DNA of 64,000 nt from a virus (lineage: Duplodnaviria; Caudoviricetes), in IMG/VR virus record IMGVR_UViG_3300014819_000001, positions 1 through 64,000 of that record. The stretch is one strand, 5' to 3'. The translations under genes were made by a program, and so were the position numbers. Shown here one piece after another: positions 61,683 through 64,000 of this stretch (position 1 is the stretch's first letter; each line of letters opens with the position of its first letter). Below the pieces are notes generated by a model. The model was not told where the DNA came from and did not search any database. It saw only the letters and a program-made list of their open reading frames with translations.

Positions 61683-62436
61683 TTTTTCTCTTTTCTAATT
61701 CTTCTATAGGAATTTGCTCACGGATTAACCTATTTTTTTCATTTATGATAAAATTAACCATATTTTCGTAATTTCCAGAGTATAAAGCCCTTAATATTTT
61801 AGGAAATTTGCTACCATAATGCACAGTTCCCAATTCATAAGTATGTAGTCCTCCACCATGGTCAATATTATTAATTTTTATACTAGGATAATGTTCTTGT
61901 AGGTACTCTATGGCATTACCATCATAAAATCGTCTAAATTCGAATATTTTACCACTTTCCCAAACCTCTTCATAGTCAAAAATCAATCTTTTCACCTGCT
62001 GATGATTCATATTTACTATAATATGTCCAGCATCCAACTTATTTTTCTGACTCTGGCCTATGGCCCATATATAATTTGAATTTTTAAGCTCTCTGAAGGT
62101 ATCATTAAGAATATTCATATTAATACCGGTAATTTCTACATCTGTATCTAATAAGATAACGAAATCATAGTTGGTAAGACTTTTAAGTGCCCATATCTGG
62201 CTTTGCATCTTACGCCAAAAATTTAAAGGCTTAGTTCGTTGATATTTCTTAGTGAAAGTATTATTTTTGTTATAAATTTTGTTCCAATCTACAATTTCTA
62301 TATTAGACAAGGATATATCTGCTGCATCGTGAACTATAAATTTATTACCTGGTAAAGTTTGCCAAGAAGGTAAGCAATATTTTGCTATGTAGTGATAATA
62401 TACAGAGTCTGCTAGACCTGTCCATGCTATATTCAA
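61663..62436 (-). CDS. Glycosyltransferase-like protein (DxD)
   Basis: FWRKM..Q, LLDTDV, DAGH. Confidence 0.6.
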   Translation of the reverse strand: MNIAWTGLADSVYYHYIAKYCLPSWQTLPGNKFIVHDAADISLSNIEIVDWNKIYNKNNTFTKKYQRTKPLNFWRKMQSQIWALKSLTNYDFVILLDTDVEITGINMNILNDTFRELKNSNYIWAIGQSQKNKLDAGHIIVNMNHQQVKRLIFDYEEVWESGKIFEFRRFYDGNAIEYLQEHYPSIKINNIDHGGGLHTYELGTVHYGSKFPKILRALYSGNYENMVNFIINEKNRLIREQIPIEELEKRKNETNYV

Positions 62437-62469
62437 AATATACCCCTTAATAGAGTATTTATTGATGCA

Positions 62470-63147
62470 TTATTTTTGTAGACAATAGGTAGTTAAACTA
62501 TATTCATTATGCCAGTCACTGGCCATTTCTGTATTTTTAAATTCATTAAAGCATGGTGCACCTAAAGTATAATGCAAAAGTTTTGCGTCAGGATTTGGGC
62601 CTAATTCATCTGGTAACCAGTTCCAATCTTTAGGTAATTCACCTATCATATCATCTTTTAACCATTGAAATCTGTGTAGATGACTTCCAGGGGCCTGCAT
62701 TACATATTCAGGTGTTAATATTCTATTTGCTACTGTAAAACAGTTCCAAATAATCACACTACTCCAATTTTTTCTAGGATAATCTTCATTCTTGCTGCCT
62801 AAGTATTTTATAGGCATCTTAGTTTTGTAGTTGTGCTTAACTACTTGAACATCGTAGCCTATTTCTCTTTGATTCCATAATTCTACTATATCTCCCTTGA
62901 TGATCATGTCTCCATCTATATAGATAGCATAACCATCATAACCTGTAAGATAAGGAACTAAGAATCTACTGTAGATAAAGGCATTACTACCGTCTTTATG
63001 CGTTTCTTCGTATTCTTTAAATAAATTTAGAGCTAGAGGAATGATACTAACAGGCTTAGAACTTTGTCTAATTATGCTGTTGGCACATGTATGAAAGACA
63101 ACGGCTTCTCTAGGATCATAGCCTATAAATATAGGAATTGTGTTCAT
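62470..63147 (-). CDS. GT8-like glycosyltransferase
   Basis: FIGYDPRE, FIYSRFLVP, IDGDM, RKNWSS, WNWL, HYTLG.P. Confidence 0.8.
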   Translation of the reverse strand: MNTIPIFIGYDPREAVVFHTCANSIIRQSSKPVSIIPLALNLFKEYEETHKDGSNAFIYSRFLVPYLTGYDGYAIYIDGDMIIKGDIVELWNQREIGYDVQVVKHNYKTKMPIKYLGSKNEDYPRKNWSSVIIWNCFTVANRILTPEYVMQAPGSHLHRFQWLKDDMIGELPKDWNWLPDELGPNPDAKLLHYTLGAPCFNEFKNTEMASDWHNEYSLTTYCLQK

Positions 63148-63908
63148 TTACGTTCAATATCTTCTTCGACACAATTGTGTCCGTATTGAATTTCAACAAT
63201 TTTAATAGGAACATCACCTTCATTGACCAGTTGATGCCATTCTTCATAATTAATGAACAAACTATCAAATTCTTTATACGGGCCCATCCGTACTAATTCA
63301 CCGTTTGAATTGAGCGTATTCACATATCCCTCACCTTCCATAAAAAACCAAAATTCTTTACGATCAAAATGTCTTTGTAAACTTAATTTACTATGTGGAT
63401 TACAGACTAATTCTTTTACTTTAGTTTCTGGACCATTTTCATAAATAACCCTATAGTATCCCCAAGTTTTATCTGTACGCGGTGCTGCCCAATTTTCCAG
63501 TAGCCAACTACTAGAATTTATTTTATCTTGTCCACCCACACAAAAAGCAAATTTTACATTAGGATCTTGAATACGCATTTCAGGAATGTTTTCTTTTGTA
63601 CGATCCCCACCATTAGCAAAGATTATTTCATATCCAGGAAACATTTGTTGTGTTTGTCTTATAGCATCACAACTACTATCGTCATCATCATTATGTTGGA
63701 ATGCATAATCTACCATACGTAGATTTCTAATTATATCCATACGTTCATTTGCTGGCATAAAAGGGCGACCTTTTTTCCTTGTTAACCAAGCATCGCTGTT
63801 TATTCCAACGATAAGTTTATCACCTAATGTTTTTGCGTGTTCAAAATAACGTATATGACCAGAATGGATGGGGTCGAACCCACCAGTTACTAATACTATT
63901 TTTGACAT
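63144..63908 (-). CDS. Cytidylyltransferase (TagD/RfaE-like) fused to a cupin domain
   Basis: TGGFDPIHSGH, NSD.WL.RKKG, NGGDR; WG.Y...LSLQRH..R.E.W...HQL.N. Confidence 0.88.
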   Translation of the reverse strand: MSKIVLVTGGFDPIHSGHIRYFEHAKTLGDKLIVGINSDAWLTRKKGRPFMPANERMDIIRNLRMVDYAFQHNDDDDSSCDAIRQTQQMFPGYEIIFANGGDRTKENIPEMRIQDPNVKFAFCVGGQDKINSSSWLLENWAAPRTDKTWGYYRVIYENGPETKVKELVCNPHSKLSLQRHFDRKEFWFFMEGEGYVNTLNSNGELVRMGPYKEFDSLFINYEEWHQLVNEGDVPIKIVEIQYGHNCVEEDIERK

Positions 63909-64000
63909 AAATTCCTTAAGATTATAAAACTATAGCTTCAACTAATTGTATTCCTGTATGATTAGATGATTCTAGAGCTATAGCAAATACATTAAAGCTA

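Noticed and set aside
42455-63908. Bacterial chromosomal DNA or a prophage boundary (hemF, kdsA, cyclase)
   Set aside because: These genes are interleaved with T4-like replication genes and TAAATA late motifs; no integrase, att site or host operon structure was seen.

Overview
This window is part of a large, AT-rich, T4-like (jumbo-type) dsDNA phage genome. The host is probably a Gram-negative proteobacterium, judging from the Kdo, heptose and tetrapyrrole genes. There are no rRNA genes and no CRISPR array. Layout, left to right: (1) 1-10.7 kb holds mostly minus-strand late genes, including several proteins with capsid-targeting-like N-termini (one is an unlisted polyprotein of at least 493 aa containing a sigma-70 region-4 domain), a heme/iron cluster (ALA synthase, Dps, YbaN), nucleases and a lysozyme. 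(2) 10.7-29.4 kb is a dense plus-strand accessory region with an expanded family of small F-x-L-(R/K)-W-tailed proteins and tandem glycosyltransferase-like paralogs. (3) 29.4-30.6 kb holds membrane micropeptides and an AT-rich iteron-like repeat. (4) 30.6-42.1 kb is a visibly GC-richer early/host-takeover module with about 16 near-consensus sigma-70 promoters sharing an extended dyad motif, plus three tRNAs. One of them, tRNA-Leu(TAA), sits with an HNH homing endonuclease inside the split remnants of an older tRNA-Leu. (5) 42-64 kb holds HemF, a class III nucleotide cyclase, the replication module (gp41-like helicase, primase, a 192-aa miniature DnaE-like polymerase, clamp-loader small subunit, UvsW-like helicase) and a Kdo/glycosyltransferase locus. 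All product calls come from motif recognition by eye; no database searches were run.
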